Of a DNA stretch of 35,908 nt, positions 1 to 12,041 are shown one piece after another. The translations under genes were made by a program, and so were the position numbers. The stretch spans positions 215,251 through 251,158 of the forward strand of contig LFCK01000001.1 in assembly GCA_001189095.1 (NCBI GenBank). The letters run 5' to 3'. Positions within the stretch are counted from its first letter, which is position 1. Every line of letters starts with the position of its first letter. This stretch comes from Parcubacteria bacterium C7867-001. Lineage in GTDB: Bacteria; Patescibacteriota; Minisyncoccia; Phycocordibacterales; Phycocordibacteraceae. The notes beneath the pieces were generated by a model that did not search any database, was not told the origin of the DNA, and worked only from the letters and a program-made list of their open reading frames with translations.

Positions 1-2
1 TC

Positions 3-596
3 ATCTTCTGGAACAAAGGCAATACCGCTTTCGTGACCGAAGGAAAGGAAACCGCCGCGAAAGAGACCTACTCGGGCTGCATCGTTGCTGCGCAAGCTCC
101 AGAAGGTTGGACGCCGTACGCAAACACCTCCATCGGATTCTCCATCAGCCATCCGGCGGCATATTCCACAAATGCGGCGTATGCGTATAAGGCGCTTGGA
201 GAAGGAAAGGAAATCAAGGGTGTTTCGTTCGTCATTCCGAAAGAGAAAACCACAGGCACGAATCTCTCTTCTGATTCCTTTATTTCAGTTGAAACACTCC
301 CGACCTCCTCTTCTTGCTCTGCGAACGAATTCCTCGGCAAGGGCGTAAAGGCAACTACGGTTACCGAAGGGAATGCGACGATTTCTGTTGCGAGCTCTTC
401 CGATGCTGCGGCGGGAAATCGCTACGACGAAACCGTCTACTCGATTCCAGGAACGAATCCGTGCGTCGCGGTTCGCTACTTCATTCACTCGACCGCTGTC
501 GGAAATTATCCGGAAGGAACGGTAAAGGAATTTGACCGAACAGCGCTTCTCGCTGAATTCGATCAGATCCGCAAGACCTTCGTCATCGGCCGCTAA
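3..596 (+). CDS. Partial (5' truncated) secreted protein, MliC-like segment followed by a PsbP-like domain
   Basis: Frame is open from the window start (IFWNKGNTAFVTEG resembles the MliC FWxKG motif); WTPYANTSIGFSISHP resembles the start of PsbP-like domains. Confidence 0.5.
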   Translation: MFWNKGNTAFVTEGKETAAKETYSGCIVAAQAPEGWTPYANTSIGFSISHPAAYSTNAAYAYKALGEGKEIKGVSFVIPKEKTTGTNLSSDSFISVETLPTSSSCSANEFLGKGVKATTVTEGNATISVASSSDAAAGNRYDETVYSIPGTNPCVAVRYFIHSTAVGNYPEGTVKEFDRTALLAEFDQIRKTFVIGR

Positions 597-603
597 ATCA
601 TTC

Positions 604-1248
604 ATGCGCATTACGAAATTCGCCCACGCCTGTCTCCTCATTGAAACAGGTGCCGCGCGAATTCTCGTTGACCCCGGTTCTTGGAACTCTCTTCCAGAAG
701 CGGAGAATCTCTCCGCGCTCCTCATAACGCACACGCATGGCGATCATTTCGACATCGAGCAGGTCAAAGTGCTCGTGGAGCGAAATTCGAACGTTCGCGT
801 AATTACTCACGTAGAAGTCGGCGCCGAACTCGAGAAAGCGGGAATCGCGTATACGAGGCTTGCCGACGGAGAGTCTATAGATGTTGCGGGCGTTTCGATC
901 GAAAGCTGTGGCAGCAGGCATGAACTCATCTATGGCGAGATGCCGAAATGCCAAAACACTGGCTACCTCGTCGCGGGCGAGCTCTACATTCCTGGAGATT
1001 CACTCCATGACATTCCAAAATCACCAGTACGCGTTCTTGCTCTTCCGACAGGCGGACCATGGATGAAGCTCGCTGACGCAATAGACTACGCAAAACGCGT
1101 GAAGCCGAGTGTCGTCTTTCCGGTGCACGACGCGGTATATATCCAATCCGTTCAGCGCGAAATGGTTCCGAGACTTATCGGCGGTAACCTCGAAGCTGCA
1201 GGTATTTCGTTCATCGATATGGCTGCTGGAGATACGAAGGAGTTCTAA
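604..1248 (+). CDS. MBL-fold metallo-hydrolase (UlaG/YtkL-like)
   Basis: MRITKFAHAC start, ILVDPG, THTHGDH, PGDS and PVHD motifs. Confidence 0.9.
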   Translation: MRITKFAHACLLIETGAARILVDPGSWNSLPEAENLSALLITHTHGDHFDIEQVKVLVERNSNVRVITHVEVGAELEKAGIAYTRLADGESIDVAGVSIESCGSRHELIYGEMPKCQNTGYLVAGELYIPGDSLHDIPKSPVRVLALPTGGPWMKLADAIDYAKRVKPSVVFPVHDAVYIQSVQREMVPRLIGGNLEAAGISFIDMAAGDTKEF

Positions 1249-1250
1249 TC

Positions 1251-1282
1251 AAACGGACAGGAACTTGTGTTCCTGTCCGTTT
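1251..1282. terminator. Hairpin / intrinsic terminator
   Basis: AAACGGACAGGAAC-ttgt-GTTCCTGTCCGTTT perfect inverted repeat. Confidence 0.7.
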
Positions 1283-1307
1283 CGCGTTTCCGGTATACTG
1301 AAGCGTC

Positions 1308-2957
1308 ATGACACAACAGGAAGCGCTCAATATTCTCAAGACGGGCGCTAACGTGTTTCTTACGGGAAGTCCCGGTGCCGGAAAGACGCACACCGTGAAT
1401 GCGTATGTCGCATGGCTGCGCGAGCGAGGAGTAGAACCAGCAATTACCGCCTCCACCGGCATTGCCGCCACGCACGTGAAAGGGGTAACCATCCACTCAT
1501 GGAGCGGCATCGGTGTACGAGAATCACTCTCCGCGAGCGATCTCGATGCCATTGCATCGAAAGAGCATGTCGTGCGACGCATTCTCAAGACGAAAGTACT
1601 TATCATCGATGAGATCTCCATGCTTTCGGCGGGTGCGCTTTCGATGGTCGACGCAGTCCTCAAAGAAGTCCGACAGAACGACCGGCCGTTCGGTGGTCTT
1701 CAGATACTCCTTGTCGGCGACTTCTTCCAGCTGCCGCCTATTAGTAAGAATGGAGAAGCTTCGTTCGCGTTCGAGTCGGCTGCGTGGAGGGAACTCAATC
1801 CCCTCATTTGCTATCTCTCCGAGCAGCACCGACAGGAGGATGAAAAACTTCTTGAACTCCTTGCGGCGATACGCGAAGGACGCGCCGATCATACGCATGT
1901 CTCGCTCCTCATGACCCGCGAGGACAGTGAGCCAGAGGATGGGATTCCGCGACTGCATACGCATAACGCGGACGTAGACCGTGTGAACGCCGAGCAGCTC
2001 GACAAACTTCCGGGGAATCCGAAGCGCTACACGATGAAGGGAGTTGGTTCGCCCGTACTTATCGAAGCGCTTAAGCGCGGCTGCCTTTCGCCGGAAAGTC
2101 TCCTTCTAAAAGAGGGTGCGGTGGTGATGGCGACGAAGAATAATCAGCCTGCTGGCTATGTGAACGGGACGGTCGGCGTTATTGTCGGCTTCGAGCGAAC
2201 GACGAATTTCCCTATCGTTGAAACACGTGATGGCATGACACTTACTATCGCGCCCGCGGACTGGGAAATAGAGGAAAATGGAAAAGTGCGCGCGAAGATA
2301 ACGCAGATTCCGCTCCGGCTTGCATGGGCCATCACGGTGCATAAGAGCCAAGGACAAAGTCTTGATGCGGCGGCTATAGATCTCTCTCGAGCATTTGAGT
2401 ACGGTCAGGGATACGTCGCGCTTTCGCGTGTCCGCACGCTCGCAGGGCTCTTTCTTCTCGGCTGGAGCGAGAATGCGCTCATCATGCATCCGAGAGTTGA
2501 AGAGAAAGATCGAGAATTTCAGGAACTTTCAGGCGAAGCCACGCGCGCGTTCGCAGTGCTCGAAGAGACCGGCGAACGCAAGGTGCTTGAAGAACGCTTC
2601 CTCAAGGCGATAGGCGCATCGCTTACGCCAACAGGGCCGGTAGAAAAACGCAGTACATTCGAGGAGACGCTCGCGCTCATTGGCGAAGGGAAGTCGCTGG
2701 AGCAGATAAAGGAGGATCGCGGACTTACGCTTGGCACCATCATCACGCATCTCGAGAAATTGCGCGAAAGTGGGCAGCTCTCGAGCGAAGACGTGCGCGG
2801 GTTGGCCCCTGAGCGCATTCTCGACGGACTCGACTCAATCCAATCTGCGTTTGAAAAGACCAGCTATAAATCCCTCACCCCCGCGTATAAAAAATTGAAG
2901 GGAAAGTACTCCTTCGACGAGCTTAAATTCGCCCGCGCGATACTCGCAGGTGAGTAG
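1308..2957 (+). CDS. Pif1/RecD-like SF1B helicase with C-terminal helix-turn-helix
   Basis: GSPGAGKT, IIDEISM, GDFFQLPP, AITVHKSQG, YVALSR; C-terminal RGLTLGTIITHL HTH. Confidence 0.9.
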   Translation: MTQQEALNILKTGANVFLTGSPGAGKTHTVNAYVAWLRERGVEPAITASTGIAATHVKGVTIHSWSGIGVRESLSASDLDAIASKEHVVRRILKTKVLIIDEISMLSAGALSMVDAVLKEVRQNDRPFGGLQILLVGDFFQLPPISKNGEASFAFESAAWRELNPLICYLSEQHRQEDEKLLELLAAIREGRADHTHVSLLMTREDSEPEDGIPRLHTHNADVDRVNAEQLDKLPGNPKRYTMKGVGSPVLIEALKRGCLSPESLLLKEGAVVMATKNNQPAGYVNGTVGVIVGFERTTNFPIVETRDGMTLTIAPADWEIEENGKVRAKITQIPLRLAWAITVHKSQGQSLDAAAIDLSRAFEYGQGYVALSRVRTLAGLFLLGWSENALIMHPRVEEKDREFQELSGEATRAFAVLEETGERKVLEERFLKAIGASLTPTGPVEKRSTFEETLALIGEGKSLEQIKEDRGLTLGTIITHLEKLRESGQLSSEDVRGLAPERILDGLDSIQSAFEKTSYKSLTPAYKKLKGKYSFDELKFARAILAGE

Positions 2958-3021
2958 CTTCATCGAATGTTTAGGTGCTCTATACTGTACTGATAGCCTC
3001 AGCTAACCCACACATATTCCT

Positions 3022-3360
3022 ATGCTTGCACTCGTACACTGGATTGTCGTTACCGTCGCGATTCTTATCGCGGCCTACCTTATTCCGGGAATTACCGTTA
3101 CCCTCGTCGGGGCCCTCGTACTCGCAGTTGTTCTCGGTATCATCAACGTCTTCTTCAAACCGATCATCAATCTGCTCACGCTCCCGTTTAATATCATTAC
3201 GCTCGGACTTTTCTCGCTCATCGTAAATGCATTGCTCATCATGCTTGCGGGCATGATTGTTCCTGACTTCAGTGTAGATGGATTCTGGGCCGCATTCTTC
3301 TTCTCGATTGTGGTTTCGATTATCACGGCGCTCTTTGGTGCATTCGGTGCGAAGAAGTAA
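3022..3360 (+). CDS. YvlD/DUF360 4-TM membrane protein (phage holin 4-2 family)
   Basis: KPIINLLTLPFNIITLGLFSLIVNA, VDGFWAA signature. Confidence 0.9.
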   Translation: MLALVHWIVVTVAILIAAYLIPGITVTLVGALVLAVVLGIINVFFKPIINLLTLPFNIITLGLFSLIVNALLIMLAGMIVPDFSVDGFWAAFFFSIVVSIITALFGAFGAKK

Positions 3361-3414
3361 TCTTTTTCACCTTAGGAGGGCGGCTACACGCCGCGCATAC
3401 CCTATACTGTCTAT

Positions 3415-6168
3415 ATGGCAGAAGGCATAGAAGGACCGGCGCGGCCCATCGCGACACCGGAAGATGAACTCGCGTATCTGCGAGAGCAAGTTGCTGCAAA
3501 AGAGCGCGAGCTCGCGGATTTAAAAAATGAAAGACCTCGACACGAAATCGTGCGCGAGCGTCTTGCTGCGCACCGCACCCAACCGAAAGAAGACGTTATG
3601 GCGCCGGGGTACGCACTTTCGCCTCAGGAATCGCACGAGCTTGCGCAAGGACTCGATCCAGAAGCCGATGATGAAACCATGCAGGAGCTCCGCGCAATCA
3701 TGGAGGAAAAAGGAGTTTTCAACGCGCTCTCGGTGCTCGAAAAACTTGCGAGCCCGCATCTCGAGGATGATTTCCATCGATTCCTCGTGCAATACATTTC
3801 GTCCGGCATTCCCGTACGTGGCTTTTCAGAGGGTCAGCCCGAATGGAAAGCATTGCATCTCACCCTCTTTGAGATTGCCCTTCCAGAAGCAAACCCCACT
3901 GACGACGAAGCGCAGACTCGCAGGAATAAATCACTCAAGGAGCTCGTTTCTGCGATGGAACAGTTCTATTCAGGCATGCTCGCGGTAGAGGACGCGTATG
4001 CGAACGAACCGCCGTATTTTACGGTGGAGCTCGCCGTGCCGGTCGACCGTCCGCACCTCATGTTCTATGTTTCAGTTCCGAACGGAAAGAAAGATCTCTT
4101 TCAAAAACAGGTGCTCGCTATTTTCCCAAATGCGGTCATCACGCCGCAGCCAAACGACTACAACATCTTCGCGCAGGACGGTACTGCGGTCGGTTCCTAC
4201 GCTCATTTGCGCGACAACCCTGCGCTGGCGCTGAAGGACTACGAAGATTTCGATTACGACCCGCTCAACTCAATTCTGAACGCGTTCGCAAAGATAAATC
4301 CGGAAGGGGAAGGTGCTGCGCTTCAAATTATCATCCGCCCAGAGCGCACGAAGCATACGGATCACTATCGCAAAGTGCTGCACGCGCTTAGGAGTGGCGA
4401 AACACGCAGTCAGGCGCTCTCAACACCGGAATCCTTTGCTGGCGAAATGGCGCGTGAGGTGGGTTGGATGATTGTCCCGAAGCAAAAGAATAATGTTTCA
4501 GGATCAGGACTCAACGAATCAACCATCAAAGCGGTTGAGAAGAAGATCGCAGCGCCGGTCGTGCTCACGAATATCCGTCTCGTTGCGTCTTCCGCAGACG
4601 TGCATCATGCGGAGAGTGTTTTGAGCGAGCTTGAAGCGGCTTTCAATGCGTACGAAAATACGCAGGGCAACGGCATCCGCTTTACGCGCGTGAAGGGCGG
4701 CGCAGCAAAGAAGCATTTTCGTAATTTCTCCTTCCGTCTCTTCTCGCATGAGCCGAAAATGCCGCTTTCGTTGCGTGAATTGACGACGATGTATCACTTC
4801 CCACCGAAGGGAATCGAATCGTCACCACATCTGAAGCAGTCACGCTTCACTATGGCCGCCGCGCCCATTGATTCTCCAAAGGAAGGGCTTTTGCTCGGTA
4901 CCAATACGTTCCGTGGTGCGACGACCGAAATACGACTTGCTCCAGAAGACCGCCTCCGCCATCTCTATGTGATTGGGCAAACCGGTACCGGTAAGACTTC
5001 CTACATGAAGACGCTTATCGATCAAGACATCAGAAATGGCGAAGGGGTTTGCTTTATTGATCCGCACGGTAACGACATCCTCGATGTTCTCTCTGCCATT
5101 CCGCCGGAGCGCTACGAAGACGTTATTTATTTCGACCCTGCACATCTCGATCGTCCGTTCGGCCTCAATCTTCTCGAATACGATCCGCGGTATCCGGAAC
5201 AAAAGACGTTCATCGTGAACGAAATTCTCGCCATCTTCCGTCGTTTGTATGGCGATGTGCCGGAATCGATGGGTCCTGCCTTCGAGCAGTATTTCCGCAA
5301 CGCAACGCTTCTGGTCATGGAGGATCCTGCGTCTGGCTCGACACTCCTCGATATTTCGCGCGTGCTCAGTAATTCCGAATTCCGCAATCGCAAGCTCATG
5401 AAGAGCAATAACCCGATCGTGAATCAGTTCTGGGAGGAAATTGCGACCAAGGCGGAAGGGGAGGCGTCTTTGGCGAACATCGTGCCGTACATCACCAACA
5501 AATTCGACGACTTCACCGCGAACGATTTCATGCGTCCGATCATCGGTCAGCAGGAGTCGTCCTTCAAATTCCGTGAAGTCATGGACAATCGCAAGATTCT
5601 TCTCGTGAATCTCTCGAAGGGACGTCTTGGTGAACGAAACGCGAATCTTCTTGGTCTTATCATGGTCGGTAAATTGTTCATGGCGGCGCTTTCGCGCGCA
5701 GACACACCGGGGGCGAACTTCCCGCCGTTCTACTTCTATATCGACGAATTCCAGAACATCACCACCGACTCCATTCCGGGCATCCTTTCGGAAGCTCGCA
5801 AGTACAAGCTCTCGCTTACGATTGCGCACCAGTTCTTGAAGCAGATCGATGAGAAGATTCGAGACGCCGTATTCGGCAACGTGGGCTCGATGTCCGTTTT
5901 CCGTGTCGGCGAAGAAGACGGAGAATTCTTTGCAAAGCAGTTTGCACCGGTGTTCTCTTCGCTCGACTTCGTGAATATCGAAAACTACAACGCGTATCTG
6001 CGCATTCTCTCGCGCGGTGTCCCGCAGAAGCCGTTCAACATAAAAACACTGCCGCCGGTGAAAAGTAACCCTGCGCAGGTCAACGACCTCCGCGAGCTCT
6101 CCTACCTTACTTATGGTCGGGATCGGGAGGTTGTGGAGGGGGCGATTCGGGAGCGGTATATGTCATAA
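3415..6168 (+). CDS. VirB4/TrwB/HerA-like ATPase (CPR-type coupling-protein-like)
   Basis: RHLYVIGQTGTGKT, FIDPHG, YIDEFQN, SEARKY, AHQF, GNVGS motifs. Confidence 0.85.
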   Translation: MAEGIEGPARPIATPEDELAYLREQVAAKERELADLKNERPRHEIVRERLAAHRTQPKEDVMAPGYALSPQESHELAQGLDPEADDETMQELRAIMEEKGVFNALSVLEKLASPHLEDDFHRFLVQYISSGIPVRGFSEGQPEWKALHLTLFEIALPEANPTDDEAQTRRNKSLKELVSAMEQFYSGMLAVEDAYANEPPYFTVELAVPVDRPHLMFYVSVPNGKKDLFQKQVLAIFPNAVITPQPNDYNIFAQDGTAVGSYAHLRDNPALALKDYEDFDYDPLNSILNAFAKINPEGEGAALQIIIRPERTKHTDHYRKVLHALRSGETRSQALSTPESFAGEMAREVGWMIVPKQKNNVSGSGLNESTIKAVEKKIAAPVVLTNIRLVASSADVHHAESVLSELEAAFNAYENTQGNGIRFTRVKGGAAKKHFRNFSFRLFSHEPKMPLSLRELTTMYHFPPKGIESSPHLKQSRFTMAAAPIDSPKEGLLLGTNTFRGATTEIRLAPEDRLRHLYVIGQTGTGKTSYMKTLIDQDIRNGEGVCFIDPHGNDILDVLSAIPPERYEDVIYFDPAHLDRPFGLNLLEYDPRYPEQKTFIVNEILAIFRRLYGDVPESMGPAFEQYFRNATLLVMEDPASGSTLLDISRVLSNSEFRNRKLMKSNNPIVNQFWEEIATKAEGEASLANIVPYITNKFDDFTANDFMRPIIGQQESSFKFREVMDNRKILLVNLSKGRLGERNANLLGLIMVGKLFMAALSRADTPGANFPPFYFYIDEFQNITTDSIPGILSEARKYKLSLTIAHQFLKQIDEKIRDAVFGNVGSMSVFRVGEEDGEFFAKQFAPVFSSLDFVNIENYNAYLRILSRGVPQKPFNIKTLPPVKSNPAQVNDLRELSYLTYGRDREVVEGAIRERYMS

Positions 6169-6227
6169 ATCAGGCTTGCCTCTCTGCCGGTGGTATACTA
6201 ATCGGGTATTAATCAATAGTTATTGCT

Positions 6228-6746
6228 ATGCAAATTACGTCTACGGGTATCGCAGTCGCGCTCGCCGTTGTGCTCGCGCTCGGTCTTCTGTTCTTCGGTC
6301 CAGGCGCGCTCACGTTCCTTTTTCCGCAGGAAACGGCAGCATCGACCGATAGCTCTGCATCTCCGGAAGGCACCACAACCACTATGGATCAAGCTTCAAC
6401 TCAGGGGAGTCTCCCAACCACACTTACTGCAACCGATGTCGCTGTCGGTACTGGCGCAGAAGCAAAGGCGGGCGACACGGTCACCGTTAATTACGTCGGT
6501 CAGCTTCCGGACGGCACCATTTTTGACGCGTCTCAGAATCATGGCCAACCGTTCAGCTTCACGCTCGGCGCGGGACAGGTTATCAAGGGTTGGGATCTCG
6601 GCGTCGCTGGCATGAAAGTCGGTGGTAAGCGCCAGCTCATCATTCCGCCAGATATGGCGTACGGTTCGCAGGGTGCTGGCGGCGTGATTCCTCCGAACGC
6701 AACACTCATCTTCGCCGTTGAACTCGTAGACGTTCAGTCGAAGTAA
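6228..6746 (+). CDS. FKBP-type peptidyl-prolyl isomerase with N-terminal membrane anchor
   Basis: VNYVG, FDAS, VIKGWD, YG, IPPNATLIFAVEL. Confidence 0.95.
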   Translation: MQITSTGIAVALAVVLALGLLFFGPGALTFLFPQETAASTDSSASPEGTTTTMDQASTQGSLPTTLTATDVAVGTGAEAKAGDTVTVNYVGQLPDGTIFDASQNHGQPFSFTLGAGQVIKGWDLGVAGMKVGGKRQLIIPPDMAYGSQGAGGVIPPNATLIFAVELVDVQSK

Positions 6747-6793
6747 GACGCATATACCTTGCGAGAAATCGCTCCCATGGCTATGTTGAGCCA

Positions 6794-8020
6794 ATGGGAG
6801 CGATTTCTTTTTCTATAGACAAACGCAGCGGAAAGGCGCGGGCGGGTGTTTTGCATACGCCAAGCGGTGACATCAAGACACCTGCTTTTATTCCTGTTGG
6901 CACAAAGGCCGCAGTAAAAGGTGTTGATCCAGAAACACTTAAAGGCCTCGGTGCGCAGGTTGTGCTCGCGAATACCTACCACCTCTACCTCTCACCAAGC
7001 GAAAGCGTTGTACAGGAAGCTGGTGGACTTGCGAAATTCATGGGCGTCGACACGCCGACGGTCACCGACTCGGGCGGGTTCCAAGTCTTCTCGCTCGGAA
7101 AAGGAATGAAACGCAAAATCACGCGTATTGAAGAGGAGGATAAGAATGTCGAGCAGAAGGGAACGTCCGTGTTCGATGAAGACGTTGCGAGTCAGCATGG
7201 CCAGCTCGCGATTATCGATGAAGAAGGAGTTACCTTCACGTCGCATATCGACGGTTCGCTCCACCGGCTCACTCCCGAACGTTCCGTGGAAATCCAGCAC
7301 GCGCTCGGCGCCGATTTCTTTTTCGCGTTCGATGAATGCACGTCACCGACTGATCCGTATGACTATCAGAAAGAAGCGATGTTCCGAACCCATCGCTGGG
7401 CGGATCGCTCACTTAAGGCTCATCGCCAGAATCTTGAAGCGAACAAGAAGCAGGGAATCTACGGTATCGGACAGGGAGGTCAGTTCGAAGATTTGCGTCG
7501 CGAAAGCACGAAGACCATCGGTTCGATGGGCTTTGATGGTTTCGGGCTCGGTGGTGCGTTCAATAAAGTCAACGGCGAGAGTATGCTACCGCTCGCGCTC
7601 GCCTGCCTTGAAGAGTTGTCGGCAGACATGCCAGTGCATGGTCTCGGGGTTGGTGAGCCGGGAGATCTCTTGCTTGGCATTGCGAACGGCGTCGACACCT
7701 TTGATTGCGTTGCGCCGACACGTCATGGCCGCCATGGCACCATATATACGCGCCGTGGCCCCATTAATCTTTCGAATGAAAAGTACGTGCGGGATTTCTC
7801 GCCACTTGATCCAGAGACCGTCGTGAAGGGAACGGAGAAATTCACGAAGGCATACGTCTGCCATCTCCTGCGCAATAACGAAATTCTCGGGCAGGTGATT
7901 GCATCCATCCACAATCTCGGATTCATCATTGGTCTTGTCGATGGAGCGCGGGAAGCAATTCTGAACGGAACCTTCGAGCAGTACCGCGCAGACTTCGAGC
8001 GAGACTACTACGGCAAATAA
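6794..8020 (+). CDS. tgt: tRNA-guanine transglycosylase
   Basis: TPAFIPVGT, NTYHL, TDSGGFQVFSL, FDEC, QGG, DTFDCVAPTR, HNL. Confidence 0.93.
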   Translation: MGAISFSIDKRSGKARAGVLHTPSGDIKTPAFIPVGTKAAVKGVDPETLKGLGAQVVLANTYHLYLSPSESVVQEAGGLAKFMGVDTPTVTDSGGFQVFSLGKGMKRKITRIEEEDKNVEQKGTSVFDEDVASQHGQLAIIDEEGVTFTSHIDGSLHRLTPERSVEIQHALGADFFFAFDECTSPTDPYDYQKEAMFRTHRWADRSLKAHRQNLEANKKQGIYGIGQGGQFEDLRRESTKTIGSMGFDGFGLGGAFNKVNGESMLPLALACLEELSADMPVHGLGVGEPGDLLLGIANGVDTFDCVAPTRHGRHGTIYTRRGPINLSNEKYVRDFSPLDPETVVKGTEKFTKAYVCHLLRNNEILGQVIASIHNLGFIIGLVDGAREAILNGTFEQYRADFERDYYGK

Positions 8021-8047
8021 AAACCGGCCCCTATAAGGGGTCGGTTT
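8021..8047. terminator. Bidirectional terminator between convergent genes
   Basis: AAACCGGCCCCT-ata-AGGGGTCGGTTT. Confidence 0.75.
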
Positions 8048-8051
8048 AGCT

Positions 8052-8486
8052 TTAGAGCGGTTCGCTAGGCAGATGCCCATCGATCGCGGCGAGTGCTGGC
8101 GCCGCACCGACTCGTTTTTCGGAGTCTATGAGCGTACCGAGAATCTTGTCGAGCACTGGAAGAAAATCACTTGGGATTTCCTCGATGCGCTCAGCAAGGT
8201 ACCGGAACCAATCTAGTCCGCCGACGGAGGGTGAGAAGAACCCCACGCTGAACGGATGCGCAACGCGGTCGACGGCTACATCGAGCTTCCACGAAGCATC
8301 TGGATACTCCGTGAGGTACTCAATGAACTCGACGGCCTTTGGGCAGTTCTGTTCCCTCCAGCGTTCACTGGCTTCTTCGGGAGCGAGTTTTGGTTTGACT
8401 CCCGAGAGATGTCCATCGAGCACAATGTGCTTGATATGCATAAGATGCTCTTCGGTTACGCGCGGATCTTTCCCGTACGTTATCAT
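8052..8486 (-). CDS. Hypothetical protein (144 aa)
   Basis: AAAGGAG Shine-Dalgarno before ATG 8486; ends at the shared terminator. Confidence 0.65.
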   Translation of the reverse strand: MITYGKDPRVTEEHLMHIKHIVLDGHLSGVKPKLAPEEASERWREQNCPKAVEFIEYLTEYPDASWKLDVAVDRVAHPFSVGFFSPSVGGLDWFRYLAERIEEIPSDFLPVLDKILGTLIDSEKRVGAAPALAAIDGHLPSEPL

Positions 8487-8553
8487 TTCAATTCTCCTTT
8501 CTGGATTCGTAATACAACGTAAAATCGGCGAGCGCAAGGCGCTCGCCGACGTC

Positions 8554-8775
8554 TCATTCTCGACAGTATTCCGGCCAGTAGTTTTCCGGAATGATGTCTT
8601 CAGGGCGGGGCTCGTATTCGAGCATCGCAAGCGCGACTTTCGAAACAAGCTCAATCTCGTGAGGGCTGGTGACGCTTCGGCCGATAAAATCAGAGCCGAG
8701 CACAAACCCTACTTCGAGATTTCTTGCAGCAAGCCGTTGCTCGAGTGCCTTAGTCGCTGGAAAGGCAGTATTCAT
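8554..8775 (-). CDS. Hypothetical protein (73 aa)
   Basis: AAAGGA before ATG 8775; tandem with the 8486 gene. Confidence 0.55.
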   Translation of the reverse strand: MNTAFPATKALEQRLAARNLEVGFVLGSDFIGRSVTSPHEIELVSKVALAMLEYEPRPEDIIPENYWPEYCRE

Positions 8776-8842
8776 GTGAGTTCCTTTCTTTTCGAATAGA
8801 ACCATACAAAGGAAGGACGAGCAATTATGCTATTCTCTCCCC

Positions 8843-10906
<2,064 letters not shown>

Positions 10907-10921
10907 TGCTACAATTTCCGC

Positions 10922-12016
10922 ATGAGTGTTCGTTCCATCCTCATGCTTCTGTTCGGCGGCGTGGTCGCGGCTGCGCTTGTCGTTATCATTGGTTCGCTTG
11001 CGTTCGTGAAGCAGCAAATAACGGTACTCTTTCCAGCGTCGGTTGCGCTCGCAAGCGATGACGCGCTCCGCATGCTGCTTATCGAGCAGGCTGTCGGTCT
11101 TGTCATTGCTTCGGTCGTCCTTTTGGGTGCGATGTTCTATGTCCTTGGTAAGACAGTGCTAACGCCGCTCAAGAAACTCACGACGGCGCTCGAGCAGTAC
11201 GAAACGACTGGTGAGCGCATACCGCCTGAAGAGTTCGAGGAATCACCAAAAGAATTCCAAGACCTCATCGCCTCATTCGATGAGTTCACCGAACGTATCG
11301 AAGCTGCCCACCGGAACGATCTTGAGACGTCACGCATTAAATCAGACTTCATCTCAACGGCAGCCCACCAACTGCGAACGCCGCTCACCGGCATTCGTTG
11401 GGCGCTCGAAGCGCTCCAGAAGGGCACGATGAACGATGATCAACGCGTGCTCGTGAACAGTGCGGTCGACAAGAGTCGCGATCTGGTCGCCATTGTTGGC
11501 ACGTTGCTCGACATCTCCGCTATCGAGTCGGGGAAGTATAAATACAATTTCCAAGCGACCGATATGCATGCGCTCCTCGTGGAGGTCGCGAACGATTTTT
11601 CGTATCTCGCATCGAACTCAAAAGTTTCGCTCTTCTACGCGCAGGAGGAAGCGCCGCTCCCGCGTGCCCGCGTCGACCGCGACCGCATTAAATGGGTGCT
11701 CAACAACCTCGTCGAAAACGCGATACGCTATACGCCGCCTGACGGTACCGTCCGTCTTTCTGCTGAAGCCGGTCGCGAGCGGGTGACCATCCGCGTTCGG
11801 GACACCGGCATCGGTATCCCTGATAAAGACCGAGCAAACATCTTTGAACGTTTCTATCGCGCTGAAAATGCGACGGCGATGCAAAACGCAGGGAACGGCC
11901 TCGGCCTCTACATCGCTCGAACCATCGCGAAGGATCATGGTGGGGACCTCAATTTCGCTCCGAATGAAGGCGGTCGCGGCACGACCTTTATCCTTTCTGT
12001 GCCGGTAGCGCGCTAA
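10922..12016 (+). CDS. Sensor histidine kinase (TM-HAMP-HisKA-HATPase)
   Basis: AHQLRTPLT, NLVENAIRY, DTGIGI, GLGL. Confidence 0.95.
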   Translation: MSVRSILMLLFGGVVAAALVVIIGSLAFVKQQITVLFPASVALASDDALRMLLIEQAVGLVIASVVLLGAMFYVLGKTVLTPLKKLTTALEQYETTGERIPPEEFEESPKEFQDLIASFDEFTERIEAAHRNDLETSRIKSDFISTAAHQLRTPLTGIRWALEALQKGTMNDDQRVLVNSAVDKSRDLVAIVGTLLDISAIESGKYKYNFQATDMHALLVEVANDFSYLASNSKVSLFYAQEEAPLPRARVDRDRIKWVLNNLVENAIRYTPPDGTVRLSAEAGRERVTIRVRDTGIGIPDKDRANIFERFYRAENATAMQNAGNGLGLYIARTIAKDHGGDLNFAPNEGGRGTTFILSVPVAR

Positions 12017-12041
12017 GGTAGCGGGAGTATAATCTTCATAC

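Noticed and set aside
3022-3360. Holin-family gene as prophage evidence
   Set aside because: YvlD/DUF360 is a common chromosomal gene and no phage genes are adjacent
4840-5829. 329-aa antisense ORF and similar shadow ORFs inside uvrB, tgt and ddl
   Set aside because: Opposite well-conserved genes with no recognisable motifs; a codon-bias artefact
3415-6168. VirB4/TrwB-like ATPase as the island's conjugation system
   Set aside because: 14 kb outside the att sites, host-like composition, no relaxase or other T4SS genes
8128-8799. 223-aa plus-strand ORF and the 217-aa long version of the minus ORF
   Set aside because: Two SD-led minus-strand genes ending at a shared terminator fit better
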